NCBI GenBank assembly: GCA_905178155.1
Contig: CAJINV010000002.1
Location: 13,088,480-13,152,479, forward strand
Reading direction: 5' to 3'
DNA length: 64,000 bases
Origin: Amoebophrya sp. A120
Taxonomy: Eukaryota; Protista; Dinoflagellata
The number at the start of each line of letters is the position of its first letter. Within the stretch, counting starts at the first letter, position 1. Positions 24,431 through 37,100 of this stretch are shown here, in pieces. A model generated the notes under the pieces. That model searched no databases. It saw only the letters and a list, made by a program, of their open reading frames with translations, and was not told the origin of the DNA. Both the position numbers and the translations under genes were made by a program.

Positions 24431-26000
24431 TAAAGGGACAGGGATTCGATTCGACTCACCTGCAACAACAGAACCTTCTTACAAGGGCGACACGGTGGAT
24501 TACGCGCGCCCGGGGGCGGCGGCGTCAACAAGATAGTATTTGTGTCGGGTATTAGACGACTTATCTGTACTGTGTCCCCGGCACGGCCCTTGGAAAATTT
24601 TTCGCCTTTGGTCTTGTCGACGCCTGTGTGATACAAGTGCCCTGTATAGGTGTCGCCTCGTACGTACGCTCTTCGTCACCAGTTGATTAATAACATCAAA
24701 GATACATTATTTAACACCCGTGGATAATCTCACGATAGCGATCTAATACCCTTTGTAAGTTTTTGAGCCGACTACAGGAATGTGGCTCACCCGCGATCTA
24801 CTTCTTCCGCCGTGGCATTCGCATTTCTTGCGCGCGAATACACACGGCACACAATTATCAGATTGCGCTTGCCTGTGGAAAATGAGAACAATTTTTTTGG
24901 TCTGGACGTGGACCGATGTCGCATTATCATTATGTCACCGTGGAGAATCATCAAAAAGCAAGCCTCTTAGGCGCGAATTGAGGGCGCAGTTGCATCTACT
25001 TCTGAAGCAGTACAATCCCCAAAAGATCTTTGCTGAAGCCCCTTTTTGATTCCGGGCGAATTGTAGGACCGCTGCCGCTCTTCATTTTGTCTCCCTGCTT
25101 CTGAGAGACTTGCGCGACGGACCTTGGCGGCATGTAGCACAAGAAGTGGAACGAATACAATGTCCTTCGGTAAATGTCATGGTTATGCTTTGATGCATGA
25201 ATGCTCTACGTTAGAGATTTTCATTTGAGTACTTATTTCTAGTACAACTCTAGTCTTTAAGTTTCGCGCGAGACCACACCCGACACGAGGGTGCCATGAT
25301 CTCAGACTCAGAAAAAGACCGATATGATCAAAAGGAGCTGAGACGTGAGCGCCGTTCCATCACCACGCGCTTTTGTTCAGACACGTCAAAGAGACCTATC
25401 TTAACGACGATCAATTTCGATCAGGAGCAAAAGGAGTACGCACGGCATTGATGAATATCATTTGTTATCTATTGACACTACAATGAGACTCCGGGGACGT
25501 TGTAGAAGAATAGGAGTCGTGAAGGGACAATTGAAGCAGGCTGCGAACCAAAAATATACTCAATCACCAAAGTAAAGGGAAGATCGATGCTCACAAAATT
25601 GATCTTTATAAGGCCCGCCATAGCGAAATGCATTTACCTCCCGAAGGGTGCTTTTATGACGTTTGCCTACCGGCAGCACTTAGGTGGAGGCTGTAAAACT
25701 AAAAGGCAGAAGCTCGCCCCTTTATCTAATGATGTACGTTGATGGTCAAGGTCATCATGGTATGTTCACATTTTTATTTTTCTCCAGTGATGTCGACGTC
25801 GAGGTCTAGTTTGACCTAACACCTACCAGAACAGAAGCAAGTCTGATAATCTCATCCCGAGTCGAGAGACGACTCTTCTACACAAAAACTATACATAACG
25901 TCGACTATTTCTCCGCGAAAGAGCCACGATACAAGTTGAACGGATATTACTTTAAAAATCTCTACGCCACGAAAATCTAAATCAAGAAAAGCAAACGAAA

Positions 26001-28145
26001 ATGCAACTTCCGGCCGCCCTTTTGCTTTTGGCGCTCAAGATGAGTTTCCTCATCAGAGAGGCCATTGCCGCAACCTCCGCTTCCACGCCTCGCCGTGTAA
26101 CCGGTTCTCTACTACACCGCCGTAAGCAAATGGAAGCTGCCTTAGATTGGGAGTAGGGATAGGTTGCAAAACCTGCATTATAAATATTTGTGTCGGAAGA
26201 AGGCATCCAATGTTTAGCTTATGTTGGCTCTCCAGACTAGACAAGAAATGGGCGCTAGAGGCAAGACGAGCATATGATGAAGTTTTGCAGTGCTATGAAG
26301 CCGCTCGAGGCTCACGACTTTGCGTCGTGTACTGCGCATTTATTTCATGCGATGGCGATAAGTAGAAGTCAATCGGCAGCATGAAACTTCTGCAACCTAG
26401 CATCCAATGACTCTCCGGACAGCTTTCACTTCGCAATGCGCCGGCCAATCGCAGTCCTCCTCCAGTATCGTGCGCCCGCATGCCAAAGGTGGCCACAAGT
26501 ACGGTTGGCAGGCTGACCTGGCCGCAGGCAATCGCACCGTGGGAGAGATACTACGTGAATTGACAGATGTAAAGAAGACAGTACTTGCAAATTATCGAAG
26601 TCGAAGCGGCCCTCTTTCGAGACGAGTGCAGAACAAGTGCTATTCATTCATCGTATGTTGACTCATGCATGCAATTCCATCTTTTCCTGAAATATATCAT
26701 GCTATTGGCTCCGGCCAGCGCCCGAAAAGAAAGTCTGCCTCCTGTGCGGAACGGAAACCAATTATGATATCTGCTCGAGACATAGAAGACTCCAATTGTA
26801 CATGAGAAGACGTGGTGGCGATGCCTCCAGTCTGAAACCCTGTTGCTCTGTTCTGAGCTAGAAACTTGCAGTAGAAAAAGAAGCACTACATCCAACGCGT
26901 TGCATGAAGATGGTGATGGGAGCTACACATTTGCTGAGGCGGAAGGTTGGTTCGTCACAAAGAGCCCTTCGGTCGAAGATTGAGTATCAAGCATCTCGTC
27001 AAGAGGATTAGGAGGATTGTTTTCGACGGGATGAGATTCCAGACCGGTCAGAGGAAAAACTGCAACGTCACGCGGAGAAAAAACGCGCCGAATCAGACCG
27101 GAAACGGGCAGAGAAAAAATACCAAGCGGAGCTGGATCGAGCGAGTGCTGAGAGGACAGAAGCCGAGGTGCAGAGACGCACAGCGGAGATGGAACGCATC
27201 ATGAAGGAGAAAGAAGATCGCTGGAAAGAGCGTTGCGAGCTCGAAAACGCAAGACCCGCATGGCGCGTTGCAGAGCTCGACGAAAAAGACAGCGACGCCA
27301 TAAAGACACTGCACCAGCGGCAGCAGGAGCTCGCTGCTGAACCGGAACGAGATAGCAGGAGGAGTCGGCGCCACCGCGAAAGGGAGGAAGTACAAATGAA
27401 ACTGCAGGAGGCGATCTCGCAAAAAAATGAAATCGCGCGGATTTGTAGCACCCTCGAAGCAGAAATACGAAATGTGCGGCAACAAACCGGCAACCCACGA
27501 GGCGAAACTGGTTCAGCCCTAACCCAAGAGTTTCAGGATCTGGACCGCGAAGATGGCGAGAAAACGAGGCTGGCGCAGCAACTGAAGCAAGAGAGCGCGC
27601 ATGTGGAACGAGAGATGTCCGCTGCTGAGTTGACAGCCGAGGGAGAGGAACGCCCAGCACGCGAGGCCACCTTAGCGCGCGAGCTGCGCGAGCGGCGAAA
27701 ACGTGAGCAGGAGGAAACGCAAAGAGATCGTATAGCAGCGGAGGCCCGACAGCGCAACGAATTTCAGACCGTGTTAGCAACGCCGCAGGTGGTCTCAATA
27801 GATCCACCGGTCAAGAGGTCAGTGTGTTGCAGAAGATCCAGCGGCCGCGGAAGGTGCAGCGGCCCGGCGCGGCACTCGGGATGGAGGAAATATTTCCCCA
27901 GGAGTCCGTTCTCCTGCTGCACACGGCGGTCATGCTTCGCGAAGGCCCGACAGCGCGAAGAGGCTACGGCAGCTCGGCAGCAGGCCGCAGAAGATGCAGC
28001 AAGCGCGAAGCCATTGTGTTGCAGAAGATGCAGCAGCCGCAGAAGATGCAGCGGCCCCGCGCGACACTCGGGATGGAGGACCTATTTCCCCAGGAGTCCG
28101 TTCTCCGGCAACGCATGGTGGCCATGGGCTGCCAAAAAATCTTGA
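26001..28145 (+). CDS. Probable secreted coiled-coil protein whose last exon is paralogous to the 20200-20880 coiled coil (possibly decaying)
   Basis: ATG 26001 gives MQLPAALLLLALKMSFLIREAIAATS (signal-like), followed by a donor-like gtaagc at 26122. The last exon has 'EDRWKERCELENARPAWRVAELDEKDSDAIKTLHQRQQELAAE', against 'EDRWNERFELEEARHARVDAELEEERSDNIKARDQRRQELAAE' in the 17663 exon. Middle exons are unresolved. Confidence 0.55.
27823..28105 (+). repeat. Two copies of an approximately 90-bp Cys/Arg/Trp-rich coding unit (CCRRxSxRxRCSGPARHSGWRxYFPRSPFS)
   Basis: 27823-27914 and 28015-28105 are nearly identical in DNA and protein. Confidence 0.9.
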
Positions 28146-29794
28146 ATCTGGTGATGTTTTTTTGCAAAAGCTTGAATCTATGATGCCAACCGTCTGCATC
28201 TGACTTACATGTAAATACTAAATAAAAATATGTAACATATAATCTTAAAAATCGTGGACAATAGATGTTTTCCTCTAGAAGATGCAGCTATTTTGGTAAA
28301 TTGCGTGAGTCCAAAGTTGTACCTCGGGACTTTCGCTTTCACACGTTGTGGAAAATAGCAGAGCCCGCGTTCGAGCTGATTTATATATTTTATGCTGCAA
28401 ATCCCCCTGCTTCATGCACGGAGCAGCCCCGTGTCCTATCTTTTGACGGTGGCAGGTGCTATACTTTCTTGTTCGCTGAGCCATATAATTATTTTTCCCG
28501 AGACTGCGCTTCTGCAAGTTTTTTCCGTGTATGATGCTTCCGCAGTTTTTCTGATTAGATGAGAACTGTACCTTCCGCAGGAGGCCCCACGGCATCGCAT
28601 ATATAAATGTCAAGGCGGAGTTTTGCTCGACTCGCTTTTAGCATTAGCTTGCTTTTCCATATTGAAATTGATGACCTTGATACTCATAGATACTTCGTAT
28701 TTCCTGCCTTACGCATAGCAGTATTGCCGAGGCGTATTGAAACCCACGACAGATGAAAAAAACCAGCTTTATGTTATTTCGATGCTATGTACCAAATATC
28801 GAACGCCTGAAGTCTCGAAAGTGGAAAATGAAAATAATACAAGCAAAATACATGCTGTAGATTCCATGCGTGGTGTCTTGCAATTTATTTGCAATATCTG
28901 CCATGTGACTATATGATGAAAATGAATTACGTGGAAAATCAGAATGAATCGCGAGTAGATCCATGAGACGGCTAAGAAAATACAAGCAGAAAGACTTGTT
29001 CTGCAAACAACTTTATAACCGAATACACCAGGGGACACGCTTCTCCTCTCTTCAGCCAAAATTCGCGGTTCGTTCTTGTTTGTTCTGCCGGCACAATGCC
29101 TAAACGCACAGACACACGGCGCCTTCTTGGATTTCCACAGGGTCGATCGACACAGTGGTAAAGTCCGTACGCTCTCGAGCACCCTCCCTGTCTTCGCGTC
29201 CCGTTATGAACAGCAGATTTCGGTCTCTGGCGCGCCCCGCACTTCGGATTGGACCGCATACATGCTGCATTTTGAGGCCATGCGTTAAACCCAGAGTCAA
29301 ATGCCCACTGAAGCGTAAGTACCTTTCTGTCAAAGGATACACTCGATCCTCTCTCTTCGAGTTCGAGATGGGTCTGGTAGCACAAGAGAATTAGAAATGT
29401 AGCGAAACTTTTGATATTAACAATGAAAAAAAAAACATCTGCCGCCAAAAAACCGACTCGGAAAAGAACAGAAGACTTACACGCTCTTTGTATGTGTTGG
29501 CCGAAGGAAACGAGAAAAGCTCCTTGGCTCTGATCGTTTAGAAGAAGTCTCACCTTATCACAGCCGGAAACGCTCGAGGCGTCGTCGGCTACAAATCACC
29601 CTGGGACACGAACAGAGGCTGCGATCTTATTTCAACTTTTATCAGCACAGCGTGAAGTAGATCTTTTCGTGTCACACGTTGAATTAGATCATAAGTATCT
29701 ATCATGCATGGTGATGACATCATGGTGATACCCTAACTCAGAGGAGAACACTTGAAGCAGATTGATCTATTTATTTTGGCTGTACGGCTAGCAC

Positions 29795-29857
29795 TAGCTA
29801 CTACCTCCGCGACTAGATGATCTAGATAGCTACTACCTGCGCGACTGGATGATCTAG
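29795..29857. repeat. 32-bp tandem duplication
   Basis: tagctactacct(c/g)cgcgact(a/g)gatgatctag x2, just upstream of duplication copy 2. Confidence 0.9.
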
Positions 29858-29874
29858 TTTTTAGTTTGAGTACC

Positions 29875-30493
29875 GCGAGGCCGAGTGCGTTTGCGGCACG
29901 AGAAAGGAATTCTCCTGAGACTGATCATGAAGTAATAGTTCCGCTGCTGCCACCGTACAAAGAAGTAGTTTTCGCATAGTACAAAAGACAAGTCAGCAAA
30001 GGGCTCGTCTTATCCCTGCTCTTTTCAAGATCTCTATCGCATCACAGACGGTGATCTTGTGAGCAGACGCAGGAGCAGCGTCCAAACTAGTAACTGCAAA
30101 GCGTCGAAGCCTTGGCACCCTGTGCCAGGCATCGAAGTCGTTGTATTAGAAGGCATTCTGTGACAGGGAGCAGCAGATCGATAAAGGGTCTCCACCTCCC
30201 GAAAAAGCCATGTCGCTAAGCTCGTCCTTTCTGAGTCGTAAAGATCAGTGAAAATATCACTGTCTGTTTTTTCCGGCTGCGATAGCACTGAGCTTAGCTA
30301 GTGCGAAGGATCCTAATTCTCCTGCTAAGGAGTACCTGCAGCAAGACGTGCTTGCTATTATTGACCCTGATAACTTGAGACTCACATCGAGCAGATTTCG
30401 AATGTCTTCATAGATGCGACCTTAACAAATCGCAATCTTTTTTTCAAAGGCAGGACGCTGGCTTAGGTCGGAGTACATACATACTTACAGTAT
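29875..30493. repeat. Dispersed duplication, copy 2
   Basis: Diverged direct copy of 20867-21583 that lacks about 78 nt (equivalent to 20961-21038). Confidence 0.9.
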
Positions 30494-31100
30494 CTGGGAG
30501 CTGTAGAGTTTCCGATTTACTTATATATTTGGCGTTTAAGTAGTTGGATTTCTACTCTTGTTGATCGAGGTATTCACCTCCAGGAAGCTTAGGCATCAAA
30601 AAGTGCTCCCATTAGAAGTCGTCACTGTTGCTACTAGTGTAAGCGTTTACACAGTAGCTTTGTGACTTAGACTTCAGAAAACTCGCTTTTTGCTCTTGTA
30701 TGTGCCAGGACCTCTCACACTATTTCGTGTATCTCTCTACTTTGCTCGTGAGCTTTGTATCCTTAGAGCTCAACAATTACATCCTGAAGCGCGATTCGCC
30801 AATTCCAAATTCGGGCTCGCACACACATTTGTGACAGAAAAACGCGGCTTGGAAAGTTGTCGTTTGCCCGAAGCCATTCATCTGGTGAAAATTGATTTCC
30901 ATATCCATGTATTAATACCACGCATTTCGTATTTTCAATATCGGGGACCCACACGTCGTCTCTGCTCTACACGCGATATCGAATTGGGGTGAATTTTCGG
31001 GTTTTCATCTCTGTTTGCAGATATCTATCGCGGCTCCAGTTCATTCCACGGTCTATTCCTGCGCGTAATCTTCGGAAGAACGGTGGTGGCAGCAGCGATC

Positions 31101-34100
31101 ATGTCGGTTGAAAACAGGAAGGCAAAAAAGGTGGGAACGGGCCACCGCATTCTCAAATCGGGTGTCCTGCAGTGGGGATGGGCGATCGCTCTCTTTGGAT
31201 CGCCCAGCAGCGGCGCATTCACACCGCTGCTTGGAGTTTCCGCTTTCAAAACCTGGGTTCGCGTATGCTTTGTAAAATCACCCTCAGCATCAATTTGTAA
31301 ATGCAGATTACTTATGGCATCACAAACACAATCGAACAGCCAGTGTTTCAGATTCGACCGTGCGCGCATTACAAGTTGAAACGAGGTCGATTTGACATTG
31401 GATACAAGGGTAGTGGTCAAAGGAGGTATGCCGAGTCAGCTAGCGGTGGACATGAATCTGTGAGGGCGGGGCGCACGTCAGTAGTGGAAGGTTCTGTTCC
31501 AGCATCTTCTTCCGGCGGGCGTGTGGCACAGGCAGATGAAGTGATCCGTTCCAACACAACTACTTCGCCCTACTATAATGCGGGGGACGCGGGCGTTGCA
31601 CCTTTCAATCCCGGGGGTCGGGAGTACTACAGCAGTCGTGGTGAAACACCAAGCGCAATTACCGGCTCATGGCCTGTCGCAGCCGCCGCGGGGCCGGAGC
31701 AGTGGATGCAGCAACACGGACAGAAACCCACGAATGCACATCATTTTGCTGCTGCACCTAGTTCCGAGGACCCGGTTCTTGATAACAAGGGCCCGCTGTC
31801 TTTTGGAGCGAATGCGGTCGTTGAGAGAGATAGCAAAAAGGGGTCCGTGACGTTGACTGGTATTATGATGTACGACCCTGTGTGGCCCCTGAGTCGACAA
31901 GGGTTCCACGAATGGTTCGAATCTCTGGAGGGTTACCCGTCTGATTCGCCACTTCTCAATAGCGTCGGTCCCAACGGAAGGCCGAGTCCCGGCCGCGTGC
32001 GCCTGCGCGTCTGCTTCCCAGGTCACCCGGGTCCAAGAGAAACGAACGCCGTCGCGAGGTTGTACGACACGGTGACGACATTCATCTCGGGGGGGACCGC
32101 TGGTGCTTGCCAGCACTACACACTGCTATGAAACCAGGAAGAGCTCTTGCTACTTATCACTTCTAAAGGCATGCTGAGCATGACAGCGTCCGTTTCTCTT
32201 TGCATCCCTGCGGCAATCGTTTGTGCCTGAGATGTAAGCTTTTTGTTATGAAAGATGAAGCGCCATACTACTTCTAAAATTTGTTGTACAAATATGTTAT
32301 GCGACCACAAGAAGTGAACAGGCTTGACTTCTTGTCACACAACGGCGATGTTGATAGAAAGACTCTTCATTTTCATAATCGCGGGCCCGGGACTATAAAA
32401 ATCTGAAAGTGCGGCAGGCGTCTGGCTTTGGCACCAACGGTGTGAAGGATATCGCGTTGCTATACCCCTTGCAAATAATCTGGCATGCTCACGAAAAATG
32501 CACATTTATTTTACCTGTGATACAGCATGCGAGTGCTCCAGTCGCAAGAAAGTGTCATGCTGGCCCAAGCATCCGCGGAAGCGGTTGTCATTGGTTTGGC
32601 AGTACTTCATCTTGCACAGACTGTTCTGCGTTTTTCTGGGCGTAATGAGTTTTTTCCAATGCATACAATATTGAAAGTCCGCATTTCCGGCCTCGAACCC
32701 GACGTCCGGTACACGTATTCATGGTCGGTGAATCCAGCTCACGGGTCCGAGAGTAACGAGACGGTAGTACAAATTGTCTCATTTTACTTTTTGCTGTTTG
32801 AAAAGAGAAAGCGATTGGGAAAATTTACAAAATCACGGAAATTGACGCACGATCTGATTTTGACCGAAAAGCAGTACAGTAACAGTGACGTCTGATAAAT
32901 TTGACCGATGCAGCTGGTGATGAAGCAATGTGTATTTGATGCGCTAAGTAGCATGATGATAACGCAAACACCCAGCTGTTTCACGTAGATGGAGTTGGAG
33001 CCACTTCAGGAGCGATAAAGCCAACATAAAGAATTGTTAGTGCTATTTGTGCAGTGAACTTCAGGAAAAACAAAATAGTTGCTGTTGGTAGATTGCTTCG
33101 AGAGTCGCCAGGCTCGACCACATTCATAGTGGAATAATATCATTCGGATTTTCTACCAAAGCCCTTGACGAAACTTCAGGTCGAAGAGCATTTGACACGG
33201 GGGCTGCGCTCCTTTGCTGTGAAGCGTGATTCGAAGAACAGGTCTTTGAAATTGAAAAAAAACTACCAGTCGGAATCCATCGTCCACGCAGGTTTGATGC
33301 AGCCAGCAGGCGGCTGGCAGTCGGGTCTAGCAAAGTTGTTCCTGCCGCCCGCGGATGAAGCGTCATCGCTTCGGAGTACAGTTTCATCGTCCTCCGCGAC
33401 GGAGATGTACTACAAAGACCTGTCTTCGACCATTGCCGCAGCGCATACTTTTGTCGGGGACCGGAGATCTCAGGATATCTCCTACGCCGACGAAGACGAC
33501 GACGAAGACGACGACGAAGACGACGACGAAGACGACGACGAAGACGAAGACGAAGAAGTCGTTGAGGAGACCGAGGCGGTCAGACAAATCTGGAAGCACA
33601 GTGGCGGAACCTTCGCAGTGCGGCTTCGAAACCTTTTGGTTCTGGAGAAAGACTGCCTGCTGCGCTTTCAGAATTCGAACGACGTTGATGGGCACTTCGG
33701 CAAGGCGGCGAGGAAGACACATCTCTTGAACGAAGACGAGACGCAGCAGCAAGGCAATTTCGGATACCTTCGGGCACTGGTTCTGTGGCAGACGCTGGAG
33801 TCTTTTCTAAATCCGCTCGAGGCGTTCGGCTCAAACTTTCTGCCGGAATCCGTCGGAGTTTTCAGCGGCAACGAGGAAGGAATTGGACGAGCCTCCCTGA
33901 AACTGAATGAAGAAACTCTATTGTTTCAGATCAGAAAGGGAGGGCACTTCCGATTGCACTTCGATGACTCGCGCTCAGCCGCGATTTGCTCTCTTGCAGA
34001 CTTCGAGTCATTCTGCATCAATAACCTGTGGGACGTAGCACCGGACTCCGCCGCTGGGGAAAGCGACCTCTTGGGCCTGCCATCGCGCAGCGGGGACCGG

Positions 34101-37100
34101 CTTACTTCTATCCTGCGGCCTGCCTACACAACCCCAACCGACAGCTGGAAGGAGGTACAGGAGGTCAGAAAAAGAATGCTGTCTATTCCAGATACCCACA
34201 AAACGTTTTGGAAAAGCCGCGCCGGTGTGGTTCTCTCAACTGGGAGCGAGGGAGAGGATTCGCGCGTCCTGTTGGACCCGTTCGCCCCGCACTTGCGGGA
34301 CGAGCCCCACGAGCGAAACGATTTTGAGAAGCTCTGCAACGCAATTGAGAGTTTGTGTGGCTTGCTGCGCGGGGACCTGATTCAACCGCAGGTGAGTTTC
34401 CACCGGAGGGCGCGCGAGTTCCTGTTGCTCGAAGCGAAGAAACACATCAAACAGCTGTCACCTGGTGTTACAGGAGCCGAAACTGCGGCGGGGCGGCAAG
34501 ATTTGCTGGGCACTCGACCGCGCGATGAAGATGTTGGGCAGGAGGATCAGGAGCAAAACGCGGGGACCGTCGTCACAAACGCTTGGGGTATGGGCCTATT
34601 CATAGCATACGTTGACGTAGGTCGGCTACTTGACTATCTGCCCGCTATTTCGCAAGATGTGGACGCACAGCTGGGAGAAAACGATCTGACATTTCCGGTG
34701 CAACGTAGCGGCGCAGCTATGTCGGTTTTTTTGCAGCACCTGACGACCAGGCTGGTGCTGATGAAAGTAGGAGCAGAGGAGTGGTATAGAGACGTGCCGA
34801 ACCTCCTTCGCGGAGTGGTTCGGAAGTTGCAGCTCCTGCGGCGACACCGCGAGTCCCTCGTCGCCGGCCACGACCACGACGCGCACCCGTTTTACCACTT
34901 GGCAGACAGCCGGCTGAGCCACAGCCTTCTGGAGTTTTTCACCGCTGGCGTCTTTCGCGATCTCTATGCGGATGAAGAAGTACGAACCGGCGCAGCCTTG
35001 GTTCAGTACGCGCTTGCTCCCCCTGATGGCGATAGTGCTGATTCATCTAGCACAGCAATTTCGCAGCGTGACGTGGACCTTCTGCGGGACGCTATATCAT
35101 ACCTTACTGAAGCTGAGGCCTTGCATCAGCAGGAACAGGTCGCACTCAGAAGTAGGACGAATCCGTATGACTCTGCGCCGCCCTTGCCGGAGGTAGAAGA
35201 AGCGGCTCCGGCACGCGACCCCGGTTTTGCCGCTTTGTTTCGCGGCGCATGGCAGCGCCTGCTGGATCGGTATCTTGGTGTCTGGGCGCCGCCAGCGGCC
35301 TTTGAGCGCGACAATGAAGCCGAAGCTACTTTTGCGGCAGCGAGGCACCGGCTGCAGTACTTGGCAGAGCACGAGGTATTTGGGGCTGCGACTGGAACGG
35401 ACCGCATTACTGTTACTGGTGGACGATCCGGAGAAGCTCCGACGCTGCCGCCCCATGCAGCCCATTGGACCAGCGTGGAGCTCAAGAAGGTTTGCGACTA
35501 CCTGGGCAGCGCCGTCTTTTCCGATGAGCTGGACCAGTTCGGACGCTCTTATGATGCGCCTTCGGAGAACCTTCGTACAGCTGACCGAATGCAAGTCGAC
35601 GAGGGGTCGCGCGATCCTGCATTCGGCGACGGGCAAGACGCAGAGAACCAGCTGCGTGTACTTGTTGGTGCCGTTGCTGCCGCAAAGCGCTACTGGGAGG
35701 ACATCGGAAAACCAGCATCATTCTCCACCATCACAAAAATCTGCGCCCATGAAGGGCATCAAGGCGAGGAAAACTTCTTGCGCAAGAACGTTTGGCATGC
35801 AAGATCCGCTGCAGCGAGGCGAATAGTAGAAAATCATCTGTACGCGCCGGATCTTTCCTACTGGGCGAACTCTCAAGATGTCGAAGGCGAAGGGCGCAAG
35901 GAAAACGAGTTCGACGAGGCCGCCGCAACGCAAGCGGCTCTCGCCGAGGTTCGCGGTATGACCGCAGCCAATAGCCTGCGCGACAAACTTTTGGGCTTCG
36001 CCCCCGAAGGTTCGAGCGAGTATCATCTGCAAACAAGCGAAAGTGGGAGCTCTATCTCAGAAGTGCTGCAGTCGCTTCTTGGTATTCCTTTGCTCGCGCC
36101 AGCCGCTGTTGAGCCGGACAGGCTGAGAGAGGTGGAGAAAGCGTTCAAGCAGAACTGGTACCCGCTGCGTCACCGCATCCTCGAGTGGCGCACTATTGCG
36201 GCGAGAATCCGCGTCCAGCAGCAACCCGACGAACGCTCTGACCTGCGCGCGCACCCGCATATCAACGCTCCCGCGTTCCACGAAGATGTTCTCGCTACAG
36301 CCCTGGAGTCCCTCGCGGGGTTTTTGGCCGTGGTCAAGAACGGAGAAAAGCTGCACGCTCTTGAGGAGGTAGTACACCGGGATCGGCAAGACATTTCGAA
36401 CTTTTTCAGCCGTCTGGGGGGCCGAGACGCAACTGAATCTCTTCACGTGGGCCACATCGATTTACTGGCTGCGACGACTCCGGTTGCAGCGCATCGGGGG
36501 GTAGGCGCACACGGTTTTGGTGGCGGGCGGTTTGTTCTCGCAGCGGAACGCGGTCCGGCCGAGCAGCAGCAGCAAGCGGTGGAGAGAATTGGGACAAGAA
36601 GCGTAGTGCCGCTCGCCACGCGGAAACTATTTCGCAGGCACCTGTCGCTTTTTCTTCATTTTCGTGGAAACGAAAATGATGTTGACAATCCTCAAGAAGA
36701 CGGAGATGAAGGTGCGTCCAGACTAGATTGGAAGATCATCAGGAAAGAGCTCCACGATGAGTCCACGACTACGCCTGCCATGCTTGAAAAATCGCTTCGC
36801 GATTCGCCGCTTGTGCAGTTCGTCGACGAACTGGTGCTGGTGCGCCACCATCTAGAAGAAGCGCGCCACAAGCTTCTGCCGGAAATTGAAGGCTTTGTAT
36901 CGCGCACCAGAGACCACATACAAAGGGCGGCGGGATGCGAGCTTGTGCACAGCGCGCCACTTGCCCTCCCGCGGCGCCAGTCACGACCCGGCTCCTCAGA
37001 AGCGCCCGAAAGCGCAGACGACATGCAAGTCGAAACCGAACTGGAGGAAGCGAGCAGCCCCCACCACTCTGGCGAAGATAGCGCCACCAACTTGCTCGCT

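Noticed and set aside
26859-27011. In-frame TAGs (S*KLAVEKE, ED*ED) as further readthrough sites
   Set aside because: There is no homology to fix the frame. The TAG at 27009 can be an acceptor, and the gene copy may be decaying.
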